Below, one piece after another: positions 23,744-32,732 of a DNA stretch of 64,000 nt (position 1 is its first letter; each line of letters opens with the position of its first letter). The stretch comes from Carpediemonas membranifera BICM (Eukaryota > Protista > Fornicata). The stretch is taken from assembly GCA_019828565.1 (NCBI GenBank), contig JAHDYR010000062.1:235666-299665 (forward strand). The letters are read 5' to 3'. The position numbers and the translations under genes were made by a program. A model generated the notes under the pieces. It had not been told where the DNA came from. It worked only from the letters and a program-made list of their open reading frames with translations, and searched no databases.

Positions 23744-26700
23744 TTGCTCGATTCGCCGCCGCAAGGCGACGAATCCTGCCATACATCCGATGACGGACCA
23801 GGTGACACGAATTACCAGAAACTAGCGCTGTTCGCTGCGCTCCTGCGCGTAATGGACGAAATTCGTCAGCACTGCCCGAAAGGCTCGTGGCCGAAGAACG
23901 CTGAGGCCTTCATCGAGGTTTGTATGAACAAAGATCGTTTATTGCGCCTTGTGACGGACAACAAACGCTTCTTCACGATCAACAACCTTTCTTTGATCAC
24001 GGACTACGTTCATGCGGCCACAAACCGCTTCGGGCCAGGCCATAAGCCGAAGGCATCCCGCCGTGATGACCACATCGCCAATGCCACTTCACTTCTTCAC
24101 GCCGCAGCCACCAACCAGGTGTTCACTGCTACGATCTCGATTGATCGTGCCAACGAGGCCCTCGAGCGCGTGATACGGGGCAGAAGGACCGATGAGCAGC
24201 TCATGAGGGAGCACCCTCGTCCGCTCCGCCCGTCCGAGATCGCCGCTCGCCGCGCCAAGACCGGGCGTCAGTCATACGCCCAACTGATCAGCCGTGTCGA
24301 GGAGGCCCGCCCGGCAAGCCCTGCGCGAGACCGCACTGCCTTCCTCGAGGCAGAAGCATACGCGTGTCGCGTAGCTGCTGGCCGCGCAGACCGTCAACAG
24401 CAGGGTGATAGGCCCCCGAGCCCCACCCCTGCCGATGCTGCCCCCACCGACTCCGCTGCCGCCCTAACTGGGCCGCAGCCCGCAGCCGCCCAGCGGGATG
24501 ACCGGTCTACCGACCCCACCCCTGCCCAGGCTGCCCCCACCGACTCCGCTGCCGCCCTAACTGGGCCGCAGCCCGCAGCCACACAGCAGGATGACCGGCC
24601 CCCGAGCCCCACCCCTGCCGATGCTGCCCCCACCGACTCCGCTGTCGCCCTAACTGGGCCGCAGCCCGCAGCCACACAGCAGGATGACCGGCCCCCGAGC
24701 CCCACCCCTGCCCAGGTTGCCCCCACCGACTCCGCTGCCGCCCTAACTGGGCCGCAGCCCGCAGCCGCCCCGCAGGGTGACCGGCCCCCGAGCCCCACCC
24801 CTGCCGATGCTGCCCCCACCGACTCCGCTGTCGCCCTAACTGGGCCGCAGCCCGCAGCCACACAGCAGGATGACCGGCCCCCGAGCCCCACCCCTGCCCA
24901 GGTTGCCCCCACCGACTCCGCTGCCGCCCTAACTGGGCCGCAGCCCGCAGCCGCCCCGCAGGGTGACCGGCCCCCGAGCCCCACCCCTGCCGATGCTGCC
25001 CCCACCGACTCCGCTGCCGCCCTAACTGGGCCGCAGCCCGCAGCCGCCCCGCAGGGTGACAGGCCCACGCGCCAGACCCCCGCCCAGGTTGCCCCCACCC
25101 AGCCAGAGGAGAGGAACATCGACGACACCGCAGTGTCCGAGTTCCTCTCCCTGGCGGGCGTCGAAGACGGGGAAGGGGAGAGAGCTGAGTCAGAGACCGG
25201 GCACGAAGCCCGTGGTGACTCAGCCAACCCTCCCCTTCGCCCGCCGCCGCAGGCAAGCCAAGGCCCTGAACCACGTACATTTGTGTACACAGGACCTCCT
25301 GGCGCTCTTAACCAGATCACGGAGGCGCACCCTGGGCCAGCATCATCCACGCCTACCCAGGGGTGGCTGAGCCTTGCCAAGCTGGATCGACTCCGGCATA
25401 GGTTCACCGCAAACATCCCGACCCACCTGGTCGAGTCTCATTGGGGCTCGGCCGAGCAGGTAAGGTCCACACTCACGACAGCAGTCCGGGTCGGAGAAGT
25501 GTCCGGCGGGCAGAATGGCGTCCACAGGATGTCACGTGAACGCTGGACACAGCTTCTCGAGGGCCTCTTCGCGGACGAGCCGGACAGGCGGCCACCCTAC
25601 AGCTTCCCCAAAGGGTTCAGGCAGTTCACGCCGAGGTTTGTGTTCTTCATGAGAGAGGCATGCGGTCTTCCGCCGGACCCTAGTGCTGAGGCCCCGCCCC
25701 ATGCCGGGCCCAGCCAGCCCCCACGGAGACCGAGAGCAGCGCTCCTGCCCCTGCCGCCGGCCGACCCTCTCGCGGGCGACCTGCCGATCGAGCTGTCATA
25801 TCTGCCTCACCCCGCGGAAGCCGGACGCATCGGCCGGGCGAAGCCCTCACGGAAGGCTGCCGCGGGATTCGTGAACGGGCTGATCCGGCTGCTCGTGACC
25901 CTGGCGAACGCGCCGCAGAACCGGAAGCGGGAGGCGCTAGCCGCCGTCCTTCGGCACGCGCGGACAGTATATCGCCCTGGGAAGAAGGGGATCTCCCTCC
26001 GCACCCGCTCCCCAGAGCGAGCTGCATACTCGAAGGCCGCCGCCGGGTATTACTCCAGCGCCATGAAGGTCCTGCTCTCTGAGGAGATGACACTCACGCC
26101 GGGTCAGATCGACCAGAAGCTGGAGGAGATGCAGGCCGCCCCGCTGAGAGATCCCCAGACGCCGGCTCTCACACGCCGCGCCGACGCGCTCACGTCCTTT
26201 GAGGTCACCTTCGAGGCCGTAGACGAGGCGCTGGGGAAGATGAGAGCGGACTCGGCCCCCGGCCCATCCGGGCTGAGCTTCTTGCATCTGAAACTCGCTC
26301 ATCGACTCCGGAAGGGCCAGTTGGTGCAGGCACTCCTGCCCCTTGTGCGCGACATCATTGCCGGCGAGGAGTACACGGGTATCCTCGCTCACGCACGGCT
26401 CATCGCACTGCCGAAGGGCGAAGATCGGGTCAGACCCATCGCCATGGGCGAGGCGCTCCGGCGCCTGGCCGCGAAGGTCCTCGCCTCGGCCGTCTCGTCG
26501 CGTCTCCGTAATGACGGCGTCTGCCCTGAGCAGTACGGGCTCGGCGAGAGCTGCGGCCTGGACGTTATGACCGCGAAAATTGCGGAAGCGTACGACGAAG
26601 GGCTCAAGGTCTGTGCTGTTGACATGACTAACGCCTACGGAACCGTGTCCCGCGCCCACCTCCGTGTGGTGCTCGAGGCGCACGCCCCAGCCGCCCTCCC

Positions 26701-28393
26701 CTATTTCTCCACCATGTATGGCGAGGGCAAGCTGCTGACCCCGACCGGGCACGTCATAGCCAGCCGAGAGGGCATCCACCAGGGGGACCCCCTGTCCCCA
26801 GCCCTCTTCACGCTGGCTATGACGCCCCTCCTCGGCAGCCTCCGGTCGCAACTTCCCAGTACGACCATCCTCGGCTACCAGGACGACGTGTACGGGCTGC
26901 TGCCCCGGCAGGCAGACCAGCGGACGATCGATACATTCTACGCGCGTGTGGAGGCGGCGTGTGGAGCCGTCGGTATGCGGGTGAACCGACTGAAGTGCCT
27001 CGTCCTGGCGAAGACGGGGACACTGGGCCAAAAAAGCGGACGGGTGCTCGGTATCCCCGTAGGCGACGACGCGGGCGTTGCCAACGCTGTGGACGCGGCC
27101 TTCTCGCGCATGGAGGACGCGCTCGTGCGGGTGGCCGAGATGACCGAGGCAGTGGGGCCGAAAGCGGCCTCGGTGGCGGTCAATCTGATCAGGTCTTGCG
27201 TTCTTCCGATGCCTTCGGCAATCTTTCGCAACGTGAGCCCGATTGGCCACGAATGCCGCACAAAAAGCCTGGAGCGGAAGCTGAGAGCTGCCATCGCACG
27301 CATCCTTCAGGTATCCGACGTCACAAAGATACCCGAAGAGCGTCTAGCGCTCGATTTCGCCGACTACGGGCTCCGTATCCCTCTTCCGTCGCTCATCTGG
27401 AAGTGTGCATTTTTGGGCGCAGCCCACCAGCTGCACGCCCTAGGCATCACCCGGGACATGGAGGCGGCGCTGTTCTCTCCAGAAGAGTGCCAGGAGTGGC
27501 CCAAAACCATCCAGGAACTGTTTAGCATCGAGGCTGAAAAGCCGCAGAAGACACTCACTACGATGCTTGCAAAAGCCTGGACGGCCAAGTACCGCCCCAA
27601 GACACCCGCCGACTTCGGCCTAGACCCCGAGGAGGTCTCCCAGGGCCTCTCTGACTGCAGCTCCCTCGAGGCCCCCGCCGCCGGACTCCTCCGCAAAGAA
27701 GCCGCGCTGAGCCCCCTCGACCTCGAGCAGACCTCCTGCGACAGCGTGTTCGTCCCCGTCACCCGGGCGCACCTCAACATCGCCCCATTCCGCGAGATGC
27801 CGGTCACCTGCCCCCTCTGTGGCCAGCAGGACATCACGTGGCGCCACGCCCTCGGCTGCTCCTACCTGAAGGATGGCGCGACCAACGCACGCCACGACAG
27901 CATCAAGATGGCTGTGCACGATCTCGTGACCCAGGACGACCTCCGCGGGCGGCCCATTCCCCGTTGCCGTCCAGAGGTCGACCTCCGCGACACACACCCA
28001 CAGTTCCGTGTCACCAACGCCGCAGCGCCCACACACAAGCGGGCCGACCTCAAGGTCTGGGGCGAGCGCGACGTGGTCGGAAACGCGGTACACGATGATG
28101 TATACGTGGACTTCTACTGCGGGCTGCACCCCCGCGACGCCGAGCTCGAGAAGACCAAGGAGTACGCCAACTGGGACGTCACCTTCCTGGTCGCCGCCAC
28201 CACCGTCGGCGGCGCCACGGAGTCCCGCCTGACCGCGGACTGGGCGGTGCAGTTTTGCGACGCCATTGCACGGCCGCACCTGGCGGGAACCATGCGCGAC
28301 ACGGCCTTCCTGAAGGCCTGGGAGGGCAACCTCAGCATCTGGAGTGACTATGTCAGCCAGTGCAAGGCCCGCTGGGCCGAGCTCAACCTATAA
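23744..28393 (+). CDS. RT + CCHC + restriction-like endonuclease polyprotein (1549 aa; start codon uncertain)
   Basis: SAPGPSG, LIALPKG..RPIAMGEALRRLAAK, DMTNAYGTVSR, HQGDPLSP, YQDD; CPLC-x8-HALGC; ARHD, RADL, YVDF, ELEK..Y. Confidence 0.95.
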   Translation: MLDSPPQGDESCHTSDDGPGDTNYQKLALFAALLRVMDEIRQHCPKGSWPKNAEAFIEVCMNKDRLLRLVTDNKRFFTINNLSLITDYVHAATNRFGPGHKPKASRRDDHIANATSLLHAAATNQVFTATISIDRANEALERVIRGRRTDEQLMREHPRPLRPSEIAARRAKTGRQSYAQLISRVEEARPASPARDRTAFLEAEAYACRVAAGRADRQQQGDRPPSPTPADAAPTDSAAALTGPQPAAAQRDDRSTDPTPAQAAPTDSAAALTGPQPAATQQDDRPPSPTPADAAPTDSAVALTGPQPAATQQDDRPPSPTPAQVAPTDSAAALTGPQPAAAPQGDRPPSPTPADAAPTDSAVALTGPQPAATQQDDRPPSPTPAQVAPTDSAAALTGPQPAAAPQGDRPPSPTPADAAPTDSAAALTGPQPAAAPQGDRPTRQTPAQVAPTQPEERNIDDTAVSEFLSLAGVEDGEGERAESETGHEARGDSANPPLRPPPQASQGPEPRTFVYTGPPGALNQITEAHPGPASSTPTQGWLSLAKLDRLRHRFTANIPTHLVESHWGSAEQVRSTLTTAVRVGEVSGGQNGVHRMSRERWTQLLEGLFADEPDRRPPYSFPKGFRQFTPRFVFFMREACGLPPDPSAEAPPHAGPSQPPRRPRAALLPLPPADPLAGDLPIELSYLPHPAEAGRIGRAKPSRKAAAGFVNGLIRLLVTLANAPQNRKREALAAVLRHARTVYRPGKKGISLRTRSPERAAYSKAAAGYYSSAMKVLLSEEMTLTPGQIDQKLEEMQAAPLRDPQTPALTRRADALTSFEVTFEAVDEALGKMRADSAPGPSGLSFLHLKLAHRLRKGQLVQALLPLVRDIIAGEEYTGILAHARLIALPKGEDRVRPIAMGEALRRLAAKVLASAVSSRLRNDGVCPEQYGLGESCGLDVMTAKIAEAYDEGLKVCAVDMTNAYGTVSRAHLRVVLEAHAPAALPYFSTMYGEGKLLTPTGHVIASREGIHQGDPLSPALFTLAMTPLLGSLRSQLPSTTILGYQDDVYGLLPRQADQRTIDTFYARVEAACGAVGMRVNRLKCLVLAKTGTLGQKSGRVLGIPVGDDAGVANAVDAAFSRMEDALVRVAEMTEAVGPKAASVAVNLIRSCVLPMPSAIFRNVSPIGHECRTKSLERKLRAAIARILQVSDVTKIPEERLALDFADYGLRIPLPSLIWKCAFLGAAHQLHALGITRDMEAALFSPEECQEWPKTIQELFSIEAEKPQKTLTTMLAKAWTAKYRPKTPADFGLDPEEVSQGLSDCSSLEAPAAGLLRKEAALSPLDLEQTSCDSVFVPVTRAHLNIAPFREMPVTCPLCGQQDITWRHALGCSYLKDGATNARHDSIKMAVHDLVTQDDLRGRPIPRCRPEVDLRDTHPQFRVTNAAAPTHKRADLKVWGERDVVGNAVHDDVYVDFYCGLHPRDAELEKTKEYANWDVTFLVAATTVGGATESRLTADWAVQFCDAIARPHLAGTMRDTAFLKAWEGNLSIWSDYVSQCKARWAELNL
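24407..25099 (+). repeat. Coding tandem repeat, 93 bp x 7 plus a partial unit (31-aa Pro/Ala/Thr-rich unit)
   Basis: Unit DRPPSPTPADAAPTDSAAALTGPQPAAAPQG; units start at 24407 and recur to 25058 (7 x 93). Confidence 0.95.
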
Positions 28394-28415
28394 CCAGGTC
28401 CCTGCACAGAAATCT

Positions 28416-31400
28416 GGAGTCGCGACTCGGCTGACTTGGCCACTCTAGGCTGCGTCGTCCCCGAGCCCCCCTGCGCCTCCCGCCCCATCGCCGCATCGCA
28501 TAACGCATCCCCTGCCCCTGCGCGAGAGTAGTTGCTCGAAATTCCGCGGAGTCGCGTGTCGTTCGGACAACCTGGGAAAGTAAATTCGGCCATGGTATCC
28601 AGAGGGAAAGTTGCTCGATTCGCCGCCGCAAGGCGACGAATCCTGCCATACATCCGATGAAGGACCAGGTGACACGAATTACCAGAAACTAGCGCTGTTC
28701 GCTGCGCTCCTGCGCGTAATGGACGAAATTCGTCAGCACTGCCCGAAAGGCTCGTGGCCGAAGAACGCTGAGGCCTTCATCGAGGTTTGTATGAACAAAG
28801 ATCGTTTATTGCGCCTTGTGACGGACAACAAACGCTTCTTCACGATCAACAACCTTTCTTTGATCACGGACTACGTTCATGCGGCCACAAACCGCTTCGG
28901 GCCAGGCCATAAGCCGAAGGCATCCCGCCGTGATGACCACATCGCCAATGCCACTTCACTTCTTCACGCCGCAGCCACCAACCAGGTGTTCACTGCTACG
29001 ATCTCGATTGATCGTGCCAACGAGGCCCTCGAGCGCGTGATACGGGGCAGAAGGACCGATGAGCAGCTCATGAGGGAGCACCCTCGTCCGCTCCGCCCGT
29101 CCGAGATCGCCGCTCGCCGCGCCAAGACCGGGCGTCAGTCATACGCCCAACTGATCAGCCGTGTCGAGGAGGCCCGCCCGGCAAGCCCTGCGCGAGACCG
29201 CACTGCCTTCCTCGAGGCAGAAGCATACGCGTGTCGCGTAGCTGCTGGCCGCGCAGACCGTCAACAGCAGGGTGATAGGCCCCCGAGCCCCACCCCTGCC
29301 CAGGCTGCCCCCACCGACTCCGCTGCCGCCCTAACTGGGCCGCAGCCCGCAGCCGCCCCGCAGGGTGACAGGCCCATGCGCCAGACCCCCGCCCAGGTTG
29401 CCCCCACCCAGCCAGAGGAGAGGAACATCGACGACACCGCAGTGTCCGAGTTCCTCTCCCTGGCGGGCGTCGAAGACGGGGAAGGGGAGAGAGCTGAGTC
29501 AGAGACCGGGCACGAAGCCCGTGGTGACTCAGCCAACCCTCCCCTTCGCCCGCCGCCGCAGGCAAGCCAAGGCCCTGAACCACGTACATTTGTGTACACA
29601 GGCCCTCCTGGCGCTCTTAACCAGATCACGGAGGCGCACCCTGGGCCAGCATCATCCACGCCTACCCAGGGGTGGCTGAGCCTTGCCAAGCTGGATCGAC
29701 TCCGGCATAGGTTCACCGCAAACATCCCGACCCACCTGGTCGAGTCTCATTGGGGCTCGGCCGAGCAGGTAAGGTCCACACTCACGACAGCAGTCCGGGT
29801 CGGAGAAGTGTCCGGCGGGCAGAATGGCGTCCACAGGATGTCACGTGAACGCTGGACACAGCTTCTCGAGGGCCTCTTCGCGGACGAGCCGGACAGGCGG
29901 CCACCCTACAGCTTCCCGAAAGGGTTCCGCGAGTTCACACCAAGGTTGGTCTACTTCATGAGGGGAGGCCTGCGGACTCCGGCAGGACCCCACAACCGGT
30001 GGTCCACCGCACACCAGACCCAGTCTGACCCAGCGGAGACCGAGAGCCGCACTCCTCCCCATGCCACCAACTGACCCCCATCGCAGGCGACCTGCCCCTC
30101 GAACTGGCGTTCCTTCCCCATCCAGCTGAAGCCGGCCGTATCGGCCGATCAAAGCCATCGCGAAAGGCGGCAGCCAGGTTTGTGAACGGGCTGATCCAGA
30201 TGCTCGTGGCCCTTGCCAACGCCCCGGAGAGTCGGAAGCGAGAGGCGCTAGCCGCCGTCCTTCGGCACGCGCGGACCGTATACCGCCCTGGGAAGAAGGG
30301 CGTTTCTCTCCGGGCCCGCTCTCCGGAGCGAGCTGCATACTCGAAGGCCGCCGCAGGGTACTATTCAAGCGCCATGAAGGTCCTGCTTTCGGCGGAAATG
30401 ACACTCACACCGGGAGAGATCGACCAGAAGCTGGAGGAAATGCAGGCCACCCCACTTCACGATCCCCAGACACCGGCACTCACACCCCACACCGACGCAC
30501 TGACGTCCTTTGAGATCACGTTCGAGGCGGTTGACGAAGCCCTAGGAAGGATGAGGGCGGACTCGGCACCGGGCCCATCCGGGCTGAGCTTCTTGCATCT
30601 CAAACTGGCCCACAGACTGCGGAAAGGCAAGCTTGTCCAGGCGCTGCTACCTCTCGTGAGAGATATCATCGCAGGAGAGGAGTACACAAGCATCCTCGCG
30701 CACGCACGGCTCATCGCGCTACCAAAGGGCCAAGATCGCGTCAGACCCATCGCTATGGGCGAGTCTCTCCGACGCCTTGCCGCGAAGGTCCTTGCCTCAG
30801 CCGTCTCGGCCCGCCTCCGGGACGATGGGGTCTGCCCAGAGCAGTATGGGCTGGGTGAGAGCTGCGGCCTGGACATCATGACCAACAAGATCGCCGAGGC
30901 CTACGAGTCGGGCCACAAGGTCTGTGCTGTGGACATGTCCAATGCGTATGGCACAGTGTCCCGGGCTCACCTTCATGCAGTACTGCAGGCCTATGCCCCA
31001 GCCGCACTCCCATACTTCACTACGATGTACAGAGAGGGCAAGCTGCTTACGCCGACTGGCAAGGTCATTGACAGCCGCGAGGGCATCCACCAGGGTGACC
31101 CGCTCTCGCCCGCACTCTTCACGCTGGCAATGATGCCCATCCTGAAGAGCCTCCGGTCTCAGCTCCCGAGCGCCACCATTCTCGGGTACCAAGATGACTT
31201 GTACGGTCTCTTGCCCGCCCACGCGGACCAACGCTCGATAGAGACGTTCTACGTGCGAGTGGAAGCAGCATGCAAGGCCGTTGGTATGCGCGTCAACAGG
31301 CAGAAGTGCCTCATCCTGACGAAGGCCGGATCACTTGGCAGACGGAGCGGACGCGCGTTGGGAATCCCTGTAGGAGACGACGCCGGCATCTCCCAGGCAG

Positions 31401-32184
31401 TGGATGATATCTTCACGCGCATGGAGGAGGCGCTCGAACGCGTCGCTGAAATGACGGAGACCGTGGGGCCAAAAGCAGCCGCCGTAGCGATCAACATGAT
31501 CAGGTCATGCGTTCTACCGATGGCTTCAGCAGTATTTCGCAACGTGAGCCCGATCGGGCACGAATGCCGAACCAAAAGGCTCGAACACACGCTGAGAACC
31601 GTTATCGGCCGCATACTTCAAGAAACGGACGTTTCAAATATCCCAAAAGAGCGCCTTGCACTTGATTATGATGACTACGGGCTTCGGATTCCACTTCCCT
31701 CTCTCATTTGGCAATGTGCGTTTTTAGGAGCAGCGCACCAGCTGCACGCCCTAGGCATCACAAGGGCCATGGAGGAGGAGCTATTCGCTCCCAATGGGTG
31801 CCAGAGGTGGCCCAAGACCACCCAGGACCTGTTCGACATCGAGGCTGAAAAGCCACAGAAGAACCTCACAACGATGTTGGCAGAGACCTGGACGGCCAAT
31901 TACCGCCCCAAGACACCCCACGACTTCAGTCTAGACCCCGAGGAGGTCTCCCAGGGCCTCACCGACTGCAGCTCCCTCACCGCACCCGCCGCCGGAATCC
32001 TCAGGAAGGAGGCCAGCCTGAGCCCCCTGGACCTCGAGCACGTCTCATGCGACAGCGCGTTCGTCCCAATCGCCCGGGCACACCTCAATGTCGCCCCATT
32101 CCGCGAAATGCCGGTCACATGTCCCCTTTGTGGCCAGCAGGACATCACGTGGCGCCACGCCTTAGGGTGCGCCCACCTCAAGGA
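28416..32184 (+). mobile_element. CRE-like RLE element (beta 5' / gamma 3' mosaic), 3'-truncated
   Basis: ORFs 28611-30074 and 30182-32323 are joined by a frameshift near 29960; homology stops after HALGCAHLK, before the RLE domain. Confidence 0.92.
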
Positions 32185-32233
32185 AGATAAGACTCTCACT
32201 CTTAAGACCCGGGTTCGAGTCCCGGTGGCCGAG
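32185..32233 (+). tRNA. 3' half of tRNA-Glu(CTC); 5' half missing
   Basis: TAAGA-CTCTCAC-TCTTA anticodon arm (32188-32204), CCGGG-TTCGAGT-CCCGG T arm (32209-32225), acceptor strand TGGCCGA-G, then TTTT at 32236-32239. Confidence 0.85.
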
Positions 32234-32732
32234 AATTTTCATTATTTATCTCGCTTGATAACCAAGCCTTATGATCCACAAATCCACAAAGTGTGGCTCT
32301 ATAACAGAGAGCCCTCCTCTTAAATCCAACCAAAATGGGGGGGCGAGTATTTACTTCGGGTGGCTTCCCCGAGCTCTTATGACAGACCCGGGTAAATCCT
32401 CGTCTCGCGATCCGGTCAGGTCCGAAACGGCTCCGACACCTGCCGATGCGTTTCGAAGTGTGACCTAAAGTGCACATTGATCGGCGCGCGCAGGTGCCAG
32501 TGATGGTCCTGTGACAGGATCCACAAAGTGTGGCTCTATAACAGAGAGCCCTCCTCTTAAATCCAACCAAAATGGGACAATCCCGCAAGACGTCCCTGTG
32601 GGACTAAAGCTTTGGGCCGGCGAGTCTATCTCGCCTCGACCAGAGTTAAGAATTAATGATGAATCCAGGCCGGCGAGTCCGTCTCGCCTCGGCCGTTCCC
32701 CCTCGAACGCGGATTTTTAATGGAGGGGGTGG

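Larger units (their letters stand above)
23549..28415 (+). mobile_element. Full-length CRE-like RLE non-LTR retrotransposon (beta)
   Basis: Leader, single long ORF and 22-nt 3' UTR, directly followed by the next leader. Confidence 0.93.

Noticed and set aside
23549-23830. Canonical HDV or hammerhead ribozyme
   Set aside because: I could not assemble P2/P3/J4-2 or a CUGAUGA...GAAA core by eye; kept only as a structured-leader candidate.
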